Shown here piece by piece: positions 30,912 to 47,888 of a stretch of DNA of 64,000 nt. Numbering within the stretch: position 1 is the first letter of the stretch; every line of letters begins with the position of its first letter. Both the position numbers and the translations under genes were made by a program. This stretch comes from the human T2T-CHM13v2.0 reference genome, Homo sapiens. The notes beneath the pieces were generated by a model that saw only the letters and a program-made list of their open reading frames with translations, had not been told where the DNA came from and made no database searches. The stretch is taken from the NCBI RefSeq assembly GCF_009914755.1, contig NC_060928.1; one strand, written 5' to 3'.

Positions 30912-31661
30912 TGTTTAGCACTTCTTACGTGCCTGTGGCTCTATAGGTACATTCTCTAACCTTTGCTGCAACTCCAGGAGGTGGGCATGATTATCACTTT
31001 ACAGATGAGCCTTAGAGAGATTAAATAACTTGCCTGAGATCATATGACAAATACATGGGACTGTAAATATTTGAGCCCATGTGTTTTATTTTCCAAAAAC
31101 TGTACTGAAATTGCTAATAGGAATTGAGATTATGGCCATTTGCCACTGGTCACCCTTCTTTCCTTGCTAAAGCTCACATTGGAATGTGTTACTTTACTCA
31201 GCAGCTAGCGACATGGAAGCAAGATAGAGCAGGAATTGCTTTTTAAATAATTACTCATGTGGGAACCATGCTATGGAGCTTATAAAAGATTTCACAACTC
31301 TAATGTTATTTGTCCTCAAAAAGACCTCAAGAGGTAAGGATAATTTTTTAAAGACTAGAAAAGAGAGACTCAGAAAATTTAAGTAACTTGCCCAAAAACA
31401 GAGCTGGGATTTGAACTCAGGACTGTCTGATGCTAACACATGTGTTCTTTTCAGCATTACAGTTTGGAAATACCAAACTTTTAAAATTTGTTAATGCTTG
31501 TCTTGTAGTCACATGCATAAACATTTTAATAAATATTTTCCAAACATGTGAAAATCTCATTCAAGAGATATATTTTTCATATACCTATTTGATTGTTTGC
31601 TATTTGTACTATTTAATTTTTCTGTGTACATTTAATTTTTTGTTCACTAGACACATTAGTC

Positions 31662-31967
31662 TTTTTTTTTTTTTTTTTTTTTTTGAGACAGAGTTTTGCT
31701 CTGTTGCCCCAGGCTGGAGTGCAGTGGAACAACTTCAGCAGCTCACTGCAACCTCTGCCTCCCAGGTTCAAGCATTCTTTATTCTTGTGCTCAAGTAGCT
31801 GGGATATTAGGCATGTGCTACCATGACTGGCTAATTTTTCTATTTTTAGTAGAGATGGGGTTTCACCATGTTGGCCAGGATGGTCTCAAACTCCTGGCCT
31901 CAAGTGATCCACCCACCTCGGCCTCGCAGAGTGCTGGGATTATAGGCCTGAACCACTTTGCCTGGCC
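31662..31967 (-). mobile_element. Alu
   Basis: Reverse-complement dimer, diverged. Confidence 0.9.
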
Positions 31968-32575
31968 CCATTTGTTTTATTTCAAAAGAGTCATATTCAA
32001 ATCACCCACCATACTTGTATTTAATCAAGGTGTCTGGCATTGCCATGTTGCTTGGTGCATTTAAGTTGATGAATGCTATAACTGCTTTATTCCATTATGC
32101 CTCCATAATGAATTAGTGTTCTCCTTTTATACTATTAATTTTATTAATTCCTTTTAATCTTAACTTTCACCCTATTTGATATTACTATTGTCACTCTTGC
32201 TTGCCTTTTGTGATTTTAGTATCTTTCTTATCCTTTTGCTTATCCTTTAAAAGTAGTTTTTAAGTGTGCATCTTATGATAACACATCTGATTTTAAAAAT
32301 CTAATCTGACAGTCTCTGTCTTTTAATAGGACAGCTCAGTCTCTTCACATTTGGCATCATGCTTTTTCAGAATGGGACTTCTTCCAGGGAGCTACCACAA
32401 GGACCTGCTGCCACCAGTCGTCACTCTCTGAATAACAGACACATGGTATGCATCAGAGTCATTACTGCCTTACCCACAGGGAGAGAAGCAGCAGGCCTCT
32501 GTTGCTCCATTCACTTCAAGGGTAGGTTATGAGCATCTACCATGCATCAGGCACTGTGGCAGGCTTGGCTATTAG

Positions 32576-33071
<496 letters not shown>

Positions 33072-35454
33072 ACCTCTCATGTAATATTTGTTTGTTTGTT
33101 TGTTTGTTTTGATGTAATTTTCTCCATAGTTTCCTCCTCTCCTCCTTTGTGATTTGGTGTTCATGGGATTTTGGTCTCACTGCACCTATGCTTGAGGCCA
33201 CCCAGAACCCTTTCTGGAAGTAAAGGCAAATCAAGAAACGGCCTAGGAAATGACTTAGGAGCACTGTAGGCCATCAGCAACAGGGCAGGGGCACGCACTC
33301 CCAGGGCATCTCCAGGGGAAGGTCATGAGTCCAGGTGCTGAGCAGGGCCGCCCTGAAAAAGGCTGGTCATGTGAAAGATCAAGTATCTGGCCTTCTCACT
33401 GAGAAAAAGGCATAACAGTACATAAAAGTCGTAGAAAGAGTGAAACAATAGGAAAGAACATTAGCAGGGAAAAGAGAATCCCAAAGCAAAGTCATTAATA
33501 ATATTCACCAATCTCCCCCAGAAGCAATGTGAAAAGCTAAGAATCTCCACGTGATGATGAGTTCTGCGCATATCAGCTCTCCAAGCACATGCAGAGAGCA
33601 CGCCAGCTAACGCTCTCCTTCCCACCCCTTAGTCTGCAGGAGAAACATATTCACAGAAAGTTTAGTTCTTAATTCTGTAAAGTTTGAGGTTCTGCTCTCA
33701 ATAGTTCTAGGAGAGGGAGTGAGGACCATCCCTGCCAGAAAGTCTGAATAGGCTGTTCTCAAAAGAGTGTGGCTTCTGGAGACCATGACCTTCTCTGCAG
33801 ATGCTGAGAGGCATCAATTTGCATCATTTTAGCATGTGAGCCTAGAGAAGAACCTTCCCAGAGGATGCACAGCCCAGGCGTCAGTGACGCAAGACTACAA
33901 ATGCAGAGTGTGCTGCTCTCTCGCTTTCCTTCTATATATTGAGGAAAGTCTCCAGGACCTCACTCGGATGGTGGAACACCTTGGCTTGGTCGGACTGTGA
34001 ACACTGTGCTCACCAGCCCCAGGGCTGTCAGAGAACAGCTGTTCCAGGTGAGAAGGGAACATTCTAGACAGTTTTCCCACTGTCCCCAGGACCCCTAACA
34101 TTGAGCTCAGGGATTTGCACGTCTTTTGGTGTCGTAGGAGTCCTGTGGACATTGGTCCAGCTCTCTTATCTCCCCTGCTTTCCATGTGGAAGATGAAAAA
34201 TGGAGAATTCCCTTGGAGAAAATTCAAAGAAGCGTGCCACATGCATGGTCCCCAGTTAGGCCCATTCCAGAATGGGAAGAGCAGTTCGTGGGGTGAGGGG
34301 TGTGGTTTGCTAGATTCAAACCATGCAGAGGTGCCTGGGCCCTGGGGGAGATCCGGGGAGGCTGGGCCTTGGACAAAAACACAGCAGCAGGTCTGACAGA
34401 GCCTGAAGGAGACGGAGAGAACAAATGCCAGCCCAAGAGGACACCCACGGCTTCTGGAGATGGTGTCCTGTGGCCTTGCCCCTGGGGAGAGTACCTGCTT
34501 AGGGATGCCATCCCAGGGTTACACACAGCCACGGCTGCTCCAGCGCAACAAAGAGGGGGCCAGTTTTTTAGTGGCCTCGGTTGAGAGGTGAATTGCCTCT
34601 ATTTATGAACAAATTTCCAGACTGGGACGAGGCTGCCTTGCGCAATGGGGAGACCCCTGGGCTGTGTGTGTGTGTCTGTGTGTTGGGGGGTCTGGGACCA
34701 GCAAGCCTGCCCCACCCTAAGGATCCTCACTGGGGACCCCTGTGACGCTGTGGGCAGAGGAACAAACATAAGCCGCTCTTCCTAAGGCGTTCACTGTCCT
34801 GGGGCACAGGGCCTGGCCCCTCTGCAAGGCAATCAGCCCCCAGATTGTCTGGGCTCATATTCAGATGTCCCAAGCATCAGAAAACTCAGGGTAGGAGGTG
34901 GCACCAGTCTTCAGCTAGGGGCAGCCAAAGAGCCTGACTTCAAGTTAATCCAATCTCCGTGCAGCCTCAAGTAACAGCCTTGGACGCTAAGGATTATTTG
35001 GTGTCATCACGGTAACAGTAATAGCAGGGAAGGCCAGGGCATCCCCGAGAAGGAGGTGGGCACTTGGCTCACACTGGCTCACCAAATGCAACAGCCCTTG
35101 GTTATCAGGCTCTGTGCCATAGGAGGACGAAGACGGTTAGGAGGGGCATCTTGGAGCTGCGCCTGATCACTCTGGGTGGCCCTTGTCTCCCCTGCTCCCA
35201 CACACTGAGCTCTCCCTGGGGTCGGGGGCAGGGAGGCAGAGTGGGGAGGGTGTTGCCCAGGTCTGGTTCGGTCCTGCTAGGGAAAAAGCAGTGGTGGCAG
35301 TGGCAGCCCCTGGGAAGGGCATCAGGCAGAGGCAGGTGGGCCGCGGGGTCCCCGGGGCCTCTCCTCCTGCTGTGTGGTCAAGAAGCTGTGGGAAACGTGC
35401 TCAGCCTCACAGCAATCGTTAGTACCCTGTGGCCAGGGAGGGGTCAGTACCTAC

Positions 35455-35516
35455 CCGCTGGTCCAAGCCATTCTTTCCATGTCCTGGGAGAGGGTCAGAT
35501 TTGGAATAGGGGAATC
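35455..35516 (-). CDS. ABLIM2: ABLIM2 coding exon, 62 nt, phase 1-0 (RFPYSKSDPLPGHGKNGLDQR)
   Basis: tctgtttcag|GATTCCCC ... GACCAGCGG|gtaggt. In frame with neighbours. Confidence 0.87.
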
Positions 35517-35974
35517 CTGAAACAGACACAGCACAGCTTTGTCACGCGCGCAGACTCGGTGCAGCAATGGGGGTGCAGCCCTGGGGGGGCTTCCCACCGG
35601 GGTGGGCAAGGCTGGGCAAGCAACACAGGGGAGGCCCCCTGAGGACCATGACCTGCCTCAGTGGTGACCTTCTGTTCCCAGGGCGCTGACCGAGGAGGAA
35701 GCCACAGAGGGGTAATGTCCTGAGCCTGCCCGTGACACCGGAAATGCCACAGAACCTCAGCCCAGCTGGCCCCTGTGTTCAGGGACAGGCTCGGGCCTGG
35801 GCACCACCTGGCACCTGGGCCAAGCCCCTCACTTTACAGACAGGGGAGCTGAGCAGAGTCAGGAAGGGGCGCAGTCTCTGGAACCCTGGAGGAACAGCAG
35901 AGCTGTGCCATCCTGTGCCAGAGGTGGCAAATGGAGGCCCACCACCAAGCACATGGGGCCTGGAGGCAATCTTA

Positions 35975-36287
<313 letters not shown>

Positions 36288-36667
36288 CCTGAGTTGCTTG
36301 CAATTGGGGGGCTTCATATTAAAATCCAAATTTCTAGCTTCTCGTGAAATAATAGAGGGCTGGTCTGAGACAATGAACTCTGGATTCCCTGTGGGGCAAG
36401 GCTCGCTGGGGCTGTCAGGAGGGGGCAGCCTTTCCCAGCCCCCACCGAGCTCCCTCCATCACTCATGTCCCTGGCTGGCCCTGGGTGGGCCTGGGAGCTT
36501 GCTGGGAGTTTGAGACCTCCGAAGTAACCTCTTCAATACCACGTGATGGGAGAGCAGGGAGGAAGTGAACGCCTGCCTGGCTCAGAGGTGGTGTGGTTGC
36601 ATTCTGGAAAGGAAGGGGCAGAGCCTGGACCCTGGAGGGGCAGGACCCTCCACACCCAGGGAAGCAT

Positions 36668-37768
<1,101 letters not shown>

Positions 37769-38704
37769 TAAAAGACCTGTCCTGGGTCCCTAAACTGTCT
37801 GTCTTTCCACTAGCCTATGGGGCCTTAAAGAGCATGGCTCACACCTGCCTCATCTGGGGGTGTCACCCCAGTACTGGGCCCTGGTGGCGGAGATCGGCCA
37901 GGTACAGGGCCAGATGCCCACATTCACTCATGGGAGCTTCCAAGCTGCCCACGAGGCCTCCGAGGGGAAGGTGGCTCACAAGGCCACATGTCTGTAGCAA
38001 GGACCATGCCTCCAGGGGCAAGGCAGGTTCTGTGCACAGAACTGCCCACCCGCTCTCTCCGGGGACCTCACTTCTGAGCAAAAGATGCTTCTCCGGGGGC
38101 CTTTCATTTGGGGGTTCCTCATGGACTCAATGAGGACAGAGAAGAAATTCCATGAAGGTCACATGGGGACACAGAGAAGCCTGTGGGAGGAGCCTCAGCT
38201 GGGGACTTGTTTGCAACACGGTAGCCAGTGGAAAGGTTCCACATGGGGGTCAGGAAGGTGTTTTAAACATCAAGATCAAGGTCCTCAAACTTCTCCTAGC
38301 GGAGGAACTCCCTCGACGCATGAGCTTTTATGTGAACCCCGATATGCAAAACAGGCAAACGAGGAGCTGGGAAGACAGACATGTGAGAGGGGCGGGGGTC
38401 GGGGGCCAGACCTTCGGGCTATTCCTCCCCCTCCCAGCCCCTCCTCGGCACCCCCAAGTAAATGGCCTAGCCAGCTCTTCTCATGTCACAGAAGGAGAGT
38501 CAAGGCCCCGAGACGTGCAGGAACCTGCCTGAGGTCACCCAGCCAGGTAGCGGCAGCCCCAGGATGCCAGACAAGGCCTCCTGCCTTGCAGTCCTGGGGT
38601 CCTCCAGGAGACACCTTCCTCCTCCTTCATGCCCAGAGCCAGGCATGCTCTGGGAGCCCGAGGGCCCCTCCAGCTGCAGCGGGAGCTCCTTATCAGCAAA
38701 GGTG

Positions 38705-38880
38705 CTAGAGGGGTGGTTCTCAAACTGGCATCCCCAGCTAGCAGCCCCAACCTTGCCAGGGAACTCGTCAGAAATGCAAATTAGTGGGCCCTACCCTAGA
38801 CCTCCTGTGTCAGAATTCTGGGGCTGGGGTCCAGGGATCTGTGTTTTTACAAGGCTTCTGGACCATTCCGATGCACACTG
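38705..38880. mobile_element. MER5A-like hAT-Charlie remnant
   Basis: GTGGTTCTCAAACT...AGAAATGCAAATT...CCCTAGACCT...TCAGAATTCTGGGG...ATCTGTGTTTTTACAAG. Confidence 0.65.
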
Positions 38881-39606
38881 GCCTACTGCCTCGAGAACAG
38901 AGAACACCCTTGGTGGTGTCCTGCACCCCTCTTAAGCCCGAAGGCCTCTACCTGCCTGCCCCTGGAGTCACCTGGACAGCGTGCCAGGTTCCCAGTGCCC
39001 AGGCTGCCGCCGACCGGTCTCAACTTTTAACCACTTCACATGCAGGTGGAAACCTTGCTTCCGCGAAGGCCATTTTATCCTCCCCACTTTGACTATGATA
39101 GTCTCAGGGACGTCTTCTGTTTCCCCTGAGCACCCGTATCAGATGGTGCTAGAAATTCTGCTTCAACCATCCAATGTGATATAAGAATATGATTCTTTCC
39201 AAGAAGAGGGCTATTATGTTTTGTCCCCGGTTTTACCTATTCCGACGTTCTTCTTTCCTTTCTGAAGTTCCAAGCCTTCTTCTATTATCATTTCCTTTCT
39301 GTTTGGAGAAGATTCCTTACGGGTAGCTCTGCAGGATATCTCACTGAACACAGGATTCATGCGGACAGTTCTGCTCTTTCAGCACGTGAAAGACGTCAGG
39401 ACACTTCCTGCTGGCCTCTGTGGCTTCTGATGAGAAATCTGCTATCGCTTGAATTGGTGTTTCCCCTCTGTTTTTTCTCTCTGGTTGCTTTCAACATTTT
39501 TTTCTTTGTCCTTAATTTTCAGAAATTTAATTATGATGTGTCTTGGTGCAGATTTTTGGGGTTTATCCTCTTTCTTTGGGACTCACTTGGTTTCTGGAAC
39601 TTGTAG

Positions 39607-39957
<351 letters not shown>

Positions 39958-40459
39958 GCTATTATTTCTTTGAATAGTTTTTCAAACCCATTTTCTTCCT
40001 CCTCTCTTCCTAGGAATTGAATGAAACAAATATTGTCCCACAGGTCCCTGAGGCTCTGTTAATTTTTCCCCCTATTTTCTCTTTTGTTCATGTAGGATAA
40101 TTTCTGCTCTGTCTTCAAGTTCATGGATTCTCTCCTGTCAAATTTTTAATTTTGGTTATTTTTTCAGTTCTATAATTTCCATTTTCATATAGCTTATATT
40201 TCTTTGGTGAGGCTTCCTTTTCAGTTTCAAAAGTATCTGCAATTGCGTGTTCTAGACTCCAGGCCCGGGTCTCCTGCTGCTGCTGGGTGGGAGATGTGGG
40301 GTTGCTGCGTATTTCCCCGAGTCCTGAGACCCCCTCATCAGCTACTGTTTCTAAACTATTTGTAATTGCTTGTTGAAGCATTTTTTAGTGATAAATGCCT
40401 TAAAATCCTTGTCAGACAATTCCACCATCTGATTCTTCTCAGTGTTAGTATCTGCTGTC

Positions 40460-40773
<314 letters not shown>

Positions 40774-41651
40774 TTCTGCTGTCTTTTTTCATTCAAATCA
40801 TTGATCTTCGGTGTTCTTGGTGTGACGGGTAATTTTTCTGCAGTATCCTGGGCATTTTGGATATTATGTTAGAAGACTGATCTTGTTAAGTGTTAAATCC
40901 TCTATTTGAGCAGGCTGTCACCCTGTTTAGGTTTCGCGTGTACAGCCTGTTCTTTTGGAGGCTACGGTTCCAATGACAATTTGCTTTTCAGAATGCTTGC
41001 TGAAGTGCTATTCTGGTCTGCTAAATTCACCTGGAGCTGCCGGTCTGCCCACCTGGGTCCCTGCCGGTGCTGCCTGTGGGGATAAAATGCCCTTCTTGGG
41101 GTGTCCTGTGTCGCTGGGTGGGGGTGGGAGATGCCTGCCACGGGTGGAGACCATGCCCCTGGGTTCACTCCCAGGACTGCGGGGTGCCTGCTGGCCACCT
41201 GCCCATCTGCTAGTGTGGCTGCAGGAGGAAAACACCTGCCTCGTCACCTTTTGCCACCACATGGGAGGCTGGGAGTCTGCAGGTCTGGGCCACCTCCTGC
41301 CACTGCATGGGAGGCTGGGAGTCTGCTGGCCTGGGCCACCTCCTGCTGCTGGGTGGGGGTGGGAGTGGGCAGGCAGGGCTGCTGTCCCTTGAGGTCCCGA
41401 GGCTGCCTCGCCAGGCCACTTTGCTGTTCCCACCTTTAGAGTTGTCCTGTGACCAACCGTCTGCCGTATCATTTGCAGGTCCGTTTAGCTGTATGTAGCA
41501 GAGAAGAGCAGAGAGAGACGAGGCGACACTATCTCACCCCCTGGACTGCTGTCTGGACTCCTGAAGTTGGTCTCTGTTGGGGTGGACCAGCAATCTGTAG
41601 ATGTTAAAGGTCCCAGGGATGCTGTGCACAACCAGCGCTGAGAATCACTGG

Positions 41652-41946
41652 TTTATTTATTTTATTTTTTGAGACGGAGTTTTGTTCTTGTTCCCCGGGC
41701 TGGAGTACAATGGCGTGATCTTGGCTCACTGCAACCTCCTGGGTTCAAGCGATTCTCCTGCCTCAGCCTCCTGAGTAGCTGGGATTACAGGCATGTACCA
41801 CTGCGCCCAGCTAATTTTGTATTTTTAGTAGAGACAAGGTTTCTCCATGTTGGTCAGGCTATCTCGAACTCCCGACCTCAGGTGATCTGCCTGCCTCGGC
41901 CTCCAAAAATGCTGAGATTACAGGCGTGAGCCACTGCGCCCGGCCA
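41652..41946 (-). mobile_element. Alu
   Basis: Reverse-complement dimer, TSD AGAATCACTGGTTTA. Confidence 0.92.
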
Positions 41947-42465
41947 AGAATCACTGGTTTAAAAAGTCCCTTTACATATTCAGAGATTTCACTTGACTCT
42001 CACCAGCCTACACACTAAACATGAACCCATTTTACAGATGAGGAAGCTGAGACCTAATGATATCAAGCGATCTGTTCAAGGTCAAACAGTTACTAACTAG
42101 AGAGGCTGAGATGAGGAGGGCTCCCTAGCTTCAGGAACCAGTAACCCTATCTGCTCCCAAGCCAGTGTGCCCTGGTGTGGGTTTGCAGGCATGTGGGGTC
42201 TAATGCATGTCAGATGGAAGCAGACAGCCTTCAAGAGGCGGGGTGTGTGTAGTACAGAGAGAGACCCACAGGGAGAAGGCAGGTAGGGGGCCAGGAGCAT
42301 GGCGGCAACTGGGTAGTCCTGATGCCAGTTACATGAGGCTCTGCAGGCACCAGAGGCCTACCCACTCCATGCCCAAGCTCAGCCAAACCAGGCTCCTGGC
42401 CGCCTCCCCTCCATGAAGCCTGCCATAGCCACCTTGCCCTCAGCACCCCGCCAGGCCTGCTCTTG

Positions 42466-43748
42466 GGGCCCTGAGCCTCTTCTCCACAGGTCTGTCCTCT
42501 TCCAGGCTGGCTCATCAGAGGTCAAAGTCACCGCTGGACATTCAAGGCCGGGCACCTTGTGGGCAGAGGACTGTGGCTCACACAGCATCCGGGTCTGCTT
42601 TGTGGACACCTGACCCATGAACCACTCACTTGGGCAGTTCCCATCCGCTCCTGGGTGCACGGGCAGGAGGCTTGGAGGCTGTGGCACTGCACGGGTTCAG
42701 GTCCCCTCTCTGAGTCTTGGTGTCTCCATCTGAGGAAGGGGGGCACCCTTCATCCCTGAGCAGTGGTGAATGAGAGGCCCCTTGGCTGGTCTGAGCTGCA
42801 GACTTCAGAAGCAAGTGAGATGGGCCCAAGATGTCCACAGAGGGCTTGCCATGGCCTGGCTTGTAGACTCGAGATGCTGAGCCTCAACAACCCTCAGAGT
42901 CAGGCCACAGGATCCCCGTGTGCTCACGTGCAAGCTCCTCAACCCCCACATGCTCCCTGGCAGGACTGGATCATCCCTGTTCTTACAGATGAGGGAACTT
43001 CAAACTCAGAGAGGTTTCTCTTGTGCACAAGGTCACACAGCAAGGGACGGGCTGAGATTGAATCATGGGTGGACTAGCGCCCGCATGCAGTGCCCAAGGT
43101 CACACAGCAAGTGACGGGCTGGGATTGAATTGTGGGTGGAGCAGCACCCTCAGGCAGCACTCTCTGGGGCCCCCTCAGGTGCTCTTCTGGACAGTTCTGC
43201 GGCTTTGTATTCTGGGTAGCCACCTTCATGTCCCCCACCCCACAGAATGAATGCTGGGTCCCAGGAAAGAAGGCTGCTGCTCAGGGAGCTGTCCCCGGAG
43301 GCTTTGGGAAGATGCGGCCAATCACAAGCACGGATGGCGAGGCTGCTGCCTGGGAACGGGAGGCACCAGACTCTTACGCTGCTCCCAGGCACTAAGAGTC
43401 CATGGGGAGAAAAGCACACAGGTGACAGATCTGTGATCCAGGGCCCTGAGCCTGTTCTCTGCGGGTCTGTCCTCTTCCAGGCTGGCTCATCAGAGGTCAA
43501 AGTCACCGCTGGACATTCAAGGCCGGGCACCTTATGGGCAGAGGACTGTGGCTCACACAGCGTCCGGGTCTGCTTTGTGGGCACCTGACCCGTGAGCCAC
43601 TCGCTTGGGCAGTTCCCATCCGCTCCTGGGTGCACGGGCAGGAGGTTTGGAGGCTGTGGCACTGCACAGGTTCGGGTCCCCTCTCTGAGCCTTGGTGTGT
43701 CCATCTGAGGAAGACGGGCACCCCTCATCCCTGAGCAGCGGTGAATGA
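42466..43748 (+). repeat. 308-bp direct duplication (42466-42773 and 43441-43748), ~94% identical
   Basis: Ungapped manual alignment, about 19 mismatches. Confidence 0.93.
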
Positions 43749-45712
43749 AATGCTGGTTCAGCTGGACTGGGGAGGGGAGGCAGAGCTTCCGGTGTCGGGG
43801 CCCAGGCAGCATTGGAGGAGGACAGAGGAGGCCCTGGGGCTGTGGCTATGAGACAACATGAGCTCTCAGAGGGACACGGGGTGCCACCCAGGGCCTGTGC
43901 TGCTACCCGCAGAACTGGGAGGCCACACCCTGTTCAGTCCCTAGGTGTGGATAAGCCTGCTGGGCAGGGGGAGGTGTGGGGATTCCGGCTGAAGGCTAGT
44001 CCCCAGGCAACCCAACGGCAGCGGCTGCTCCCTGGGGCTCCAGAGCCCAGCATGCTCTGCCTGGGGCCACTGTCCTCGGGGTGGTGTATACCTCCAGCCA
44101 CAGCATCTTCTCCTGGGCTGGGGTCCTCGCCCTGACCTCTGGAGCTCCCTCTGCTCTCTCTGGGGGCTCAGAGAGCACCCTGCCTGCCCAGCAGGAGGCC
44201 AGGCCTTCCAGAAAGGTCATCACTGTGGCCCCAGCTGGCCACTCCTCCCTAACAGCCTCTGTATAGAGGGACCCTCCAGCCACTAGCTGGATGCCAAGGT
44301 GGCCACGCCTGAGCCCCCAGCTCTCCCTGGGCTGTCCCTCCACGCCCTTTCTGCAGGATCAGCCCTGCTGGCTGCCCCCTTCCCCACTTCCCTGGCCCAC
44401 TTCCTCTCCTGGCTTTCTCCCTCCTGGGCGCTCCTCCCCACTTCCTCTGTGGAATCTCCTGCCCCCCGATGGCACCTTCCCACCTGCCCGCTTGTCAGCA
44501 CACACATGTGCGTGCTCTCTCTCTCTTTTTCTTGCTCTCTCTCCTCCCAGCATTTTGCTGAGATGGGGAGATGGGAGGACACTGACAAAGAGTAGGCTGG
44601 GGGCCAGGCAGGAGATCACACCTGATTTGAGTCTCAGACCCTCTTGAGAAAGGAACACAAACTCAGGACACAGCCACGTACTCACAGTTGGAGTGGCTGG
44701 GGCTACCAACTCCCACGGTTCCAGTCCCATCTGGGAGCCGGGGACCCTCAGTCTCTGCCTCCAGCCTGGACCTCTCCTCTGAGCTCCATCTGCCCCCTGG
44801 CAACCCCCCGGACGTCTCAGGCTCTCCAAGCCAACATGAAGACACCCACCTGTTCTCATCCCATCTCTGAATAAAGGTGGCCTCTGCCGGCCTGCACCAG
44901 AGCCAACCCAGTGTCTTCTTTGATTCCGTCACCCCCGCAGCCAGTGGTTCCTGAGCTGCCACCATGTGGGCCCTGCCAGTGAGATCCTTCCAGGGCCCCC
45001 CACTGCTTTTGTGGGAGCCCTTTTCCTCTCGCCCTGACTGGGCAGCCTCCAGTCCACCGTCTATGCAGCTGCCTTCTGATGTTTTAAACACAGAAAATGC
45101 AACATCTCCTGTCACGCTCGTGTCGTGCTGACGTTCCCCTCCCTGGCACTGCGCTCCAGACCTTTCCTGATTGGACCTCGGCCTGCTTCCACCAGCTTCT
45201 GGCGAGTCCCAGCTCCGCCACCCTCACCGTCTCGGTTTCCCAAGGCCGCCCTGCTCCTGCCTCCAGACCTGTCTACAGGCTGTCTGTGCTGCTTAAATCC
45301 TGAGTCAGGCCAGGCTTGAGTCCTCCCAAGGGCACACAAACTGCTCTGTGACCTGACGCATGGCCCTCACTGTTCTTCCAACCCACGGCCCGGCCTCCGC
45401 CCTGGGTGATGCGGAATGCTCTCCCCCATATACCGGCCCTATTCAAGTGTACACCCACTTCAAGCCGTGCCAGGTACCGTCTCTCTGCACTGACTACTTA
45501 CTGTATTTGAAAGTGCACCCTTCCCCCAGCCCTCTCTAGCCCTCTTAGCACAGGGCACTGATATAACTCACTTTCAGCTTGTTTCTCTTTGTCTCCCAGC
45601 CCCTAGTAGAATGTCGGCTCCCCAGACAGGGAACTTTGTCTGTTTTGGCCTCTGCTCTGTCCCCAGCACCCAGGACAGCACCGGAACACACCAAGCACTC
45701 ATGAAATACAGA

Positions 45713-46452
<740 letters not shown>

Positions 46453-47888
46453 CTCTTCTTCCAGTTCTGATGTCTGCATATTCCATACCTAGGGGGTCTC
46501 ACGTCTCTAAGCCTGAGGCCAGGTGCCCTGCCCGTCCCACCAGATATCCTCACGAGATTGACAGTAGCACGTCAGGGAGGCTCTTCCTTCGACCACGGAC
46601 TAAGGAACGCGAGAAGAACTCTTCTGCCCCATCTTGCAGCTCCAGAGGAGTAAAAGGGGAAAGGAGGAAGACCACCTCTGCCCTGGTCCCCACCCACCAC
46701 CTTCCCTTCCACAGAAAAGCTGCAGCAGGGTCGCTGTCTCCTAACCCTCCCTCCCAACGGGCTCCGAGACCAGGCAGCAGAGAGACAAGCAGAGACAAGC
46801 ACCTCCCACCAGACATGGGACTCCGCCCGGTCCCACAGCGAGAGGACACACAGAAAGTGACAGAAAATGCCAAGCCACAGGCAGGTTGGGGGTGAAGTGC
46901 CCCCAACTGGGGCCTCCCCTGTGCTGCTGCAGCAGTTAATTCAGAGCTTTCCTCACCCCCACTCCCACCTGGCCAGACCACCCTTGGCTCCCACTATCCC
47001 ACCTCTCACACATGCCTCATGTGCTGGGATTGGAGGAAAGGGTCTTATTCCCTTCGGAAGTGCTGGGTCCTTTCTAGGGGCCACTGAGTCCTCTGGGCAG
47101 TGCCTCAAGCTGCCCGGGGGTTTGTATTATGCTGACACGCCTCTGACCTTCGAGGGTGGGACGTGAGAGACCTCAAAAGAGAGGATGGGGCCTCAAGGGG
47201 CTAGGAATGTGGGACCCCAAGCAGCAGCAGGCCCTACTGCCGGGGACACGGAGTCCACACCACCTTGTGTTCCTCCCCCAAGGCAGCGAGTCTTGTTCTA
47301 GAAAACTTCCTATAACATAAAATCAATAGCCTCCCTTCCTGTGCAGAAATCAGGTGCACTGATAATATAAACTACTCTGCACATAGTCCAGATAATGCCC
47401 TATGTGTAATATAAACAGGAACAGAAAAGCAGTCAATAATAAAATATAGATTTCACTATGACGCCCTCTTTGGAGGGGTGGCAATGCCTGCTGGGAACTA
47501 ATGGAATGGGGATGGCTCCCGGGTTTGTCACCGCCATAAAGTCCTCTGGCTTCCCTGCTGGGGAACAGGGACTGGGCCATGCTCACCACTGCCTAGCACC
47601 ATGTCCAGCACATAGTAGGTGCTCAGTAAGTATCTGGTGGAGGGATGGATGAATGACTGAATGATGAACTCAGTCCCGGGTGAGATGTGCAGATGGTGTT
47701 GTGGGTGAGATGAGTTTGTGATCGGGCCCTTGCGAAGCCAAAGAGGTGCCCGGCGGGCAGGCGGCGGCGGGATGCGTGTGCGCTCGCTTTGTCGGCGTCT
47801 CTGCCTCTCTCAGCTCCCTGCACGCTTCTCCAGGTCAGGGGCTGCTCTTGTCTTCTCTGTCCCCCTCGGCGCCCCGCTCAGCGTCTGG

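Noticed and set aside
31252-31290. Possible 24-nt minus-strand exon (ag|CTCCATAGCATGGTTCCCACATGA|gtaatt)
   Set aside because: Weak splice signals and an in-frame stop, with no other support from sequence alone.
33817-33824. Octamer motif ATTTGCAT (also near 678 and 62062)
   Set aside because: Isolated 8-mers are expected by chance in 64 kb, and there is no clustering.
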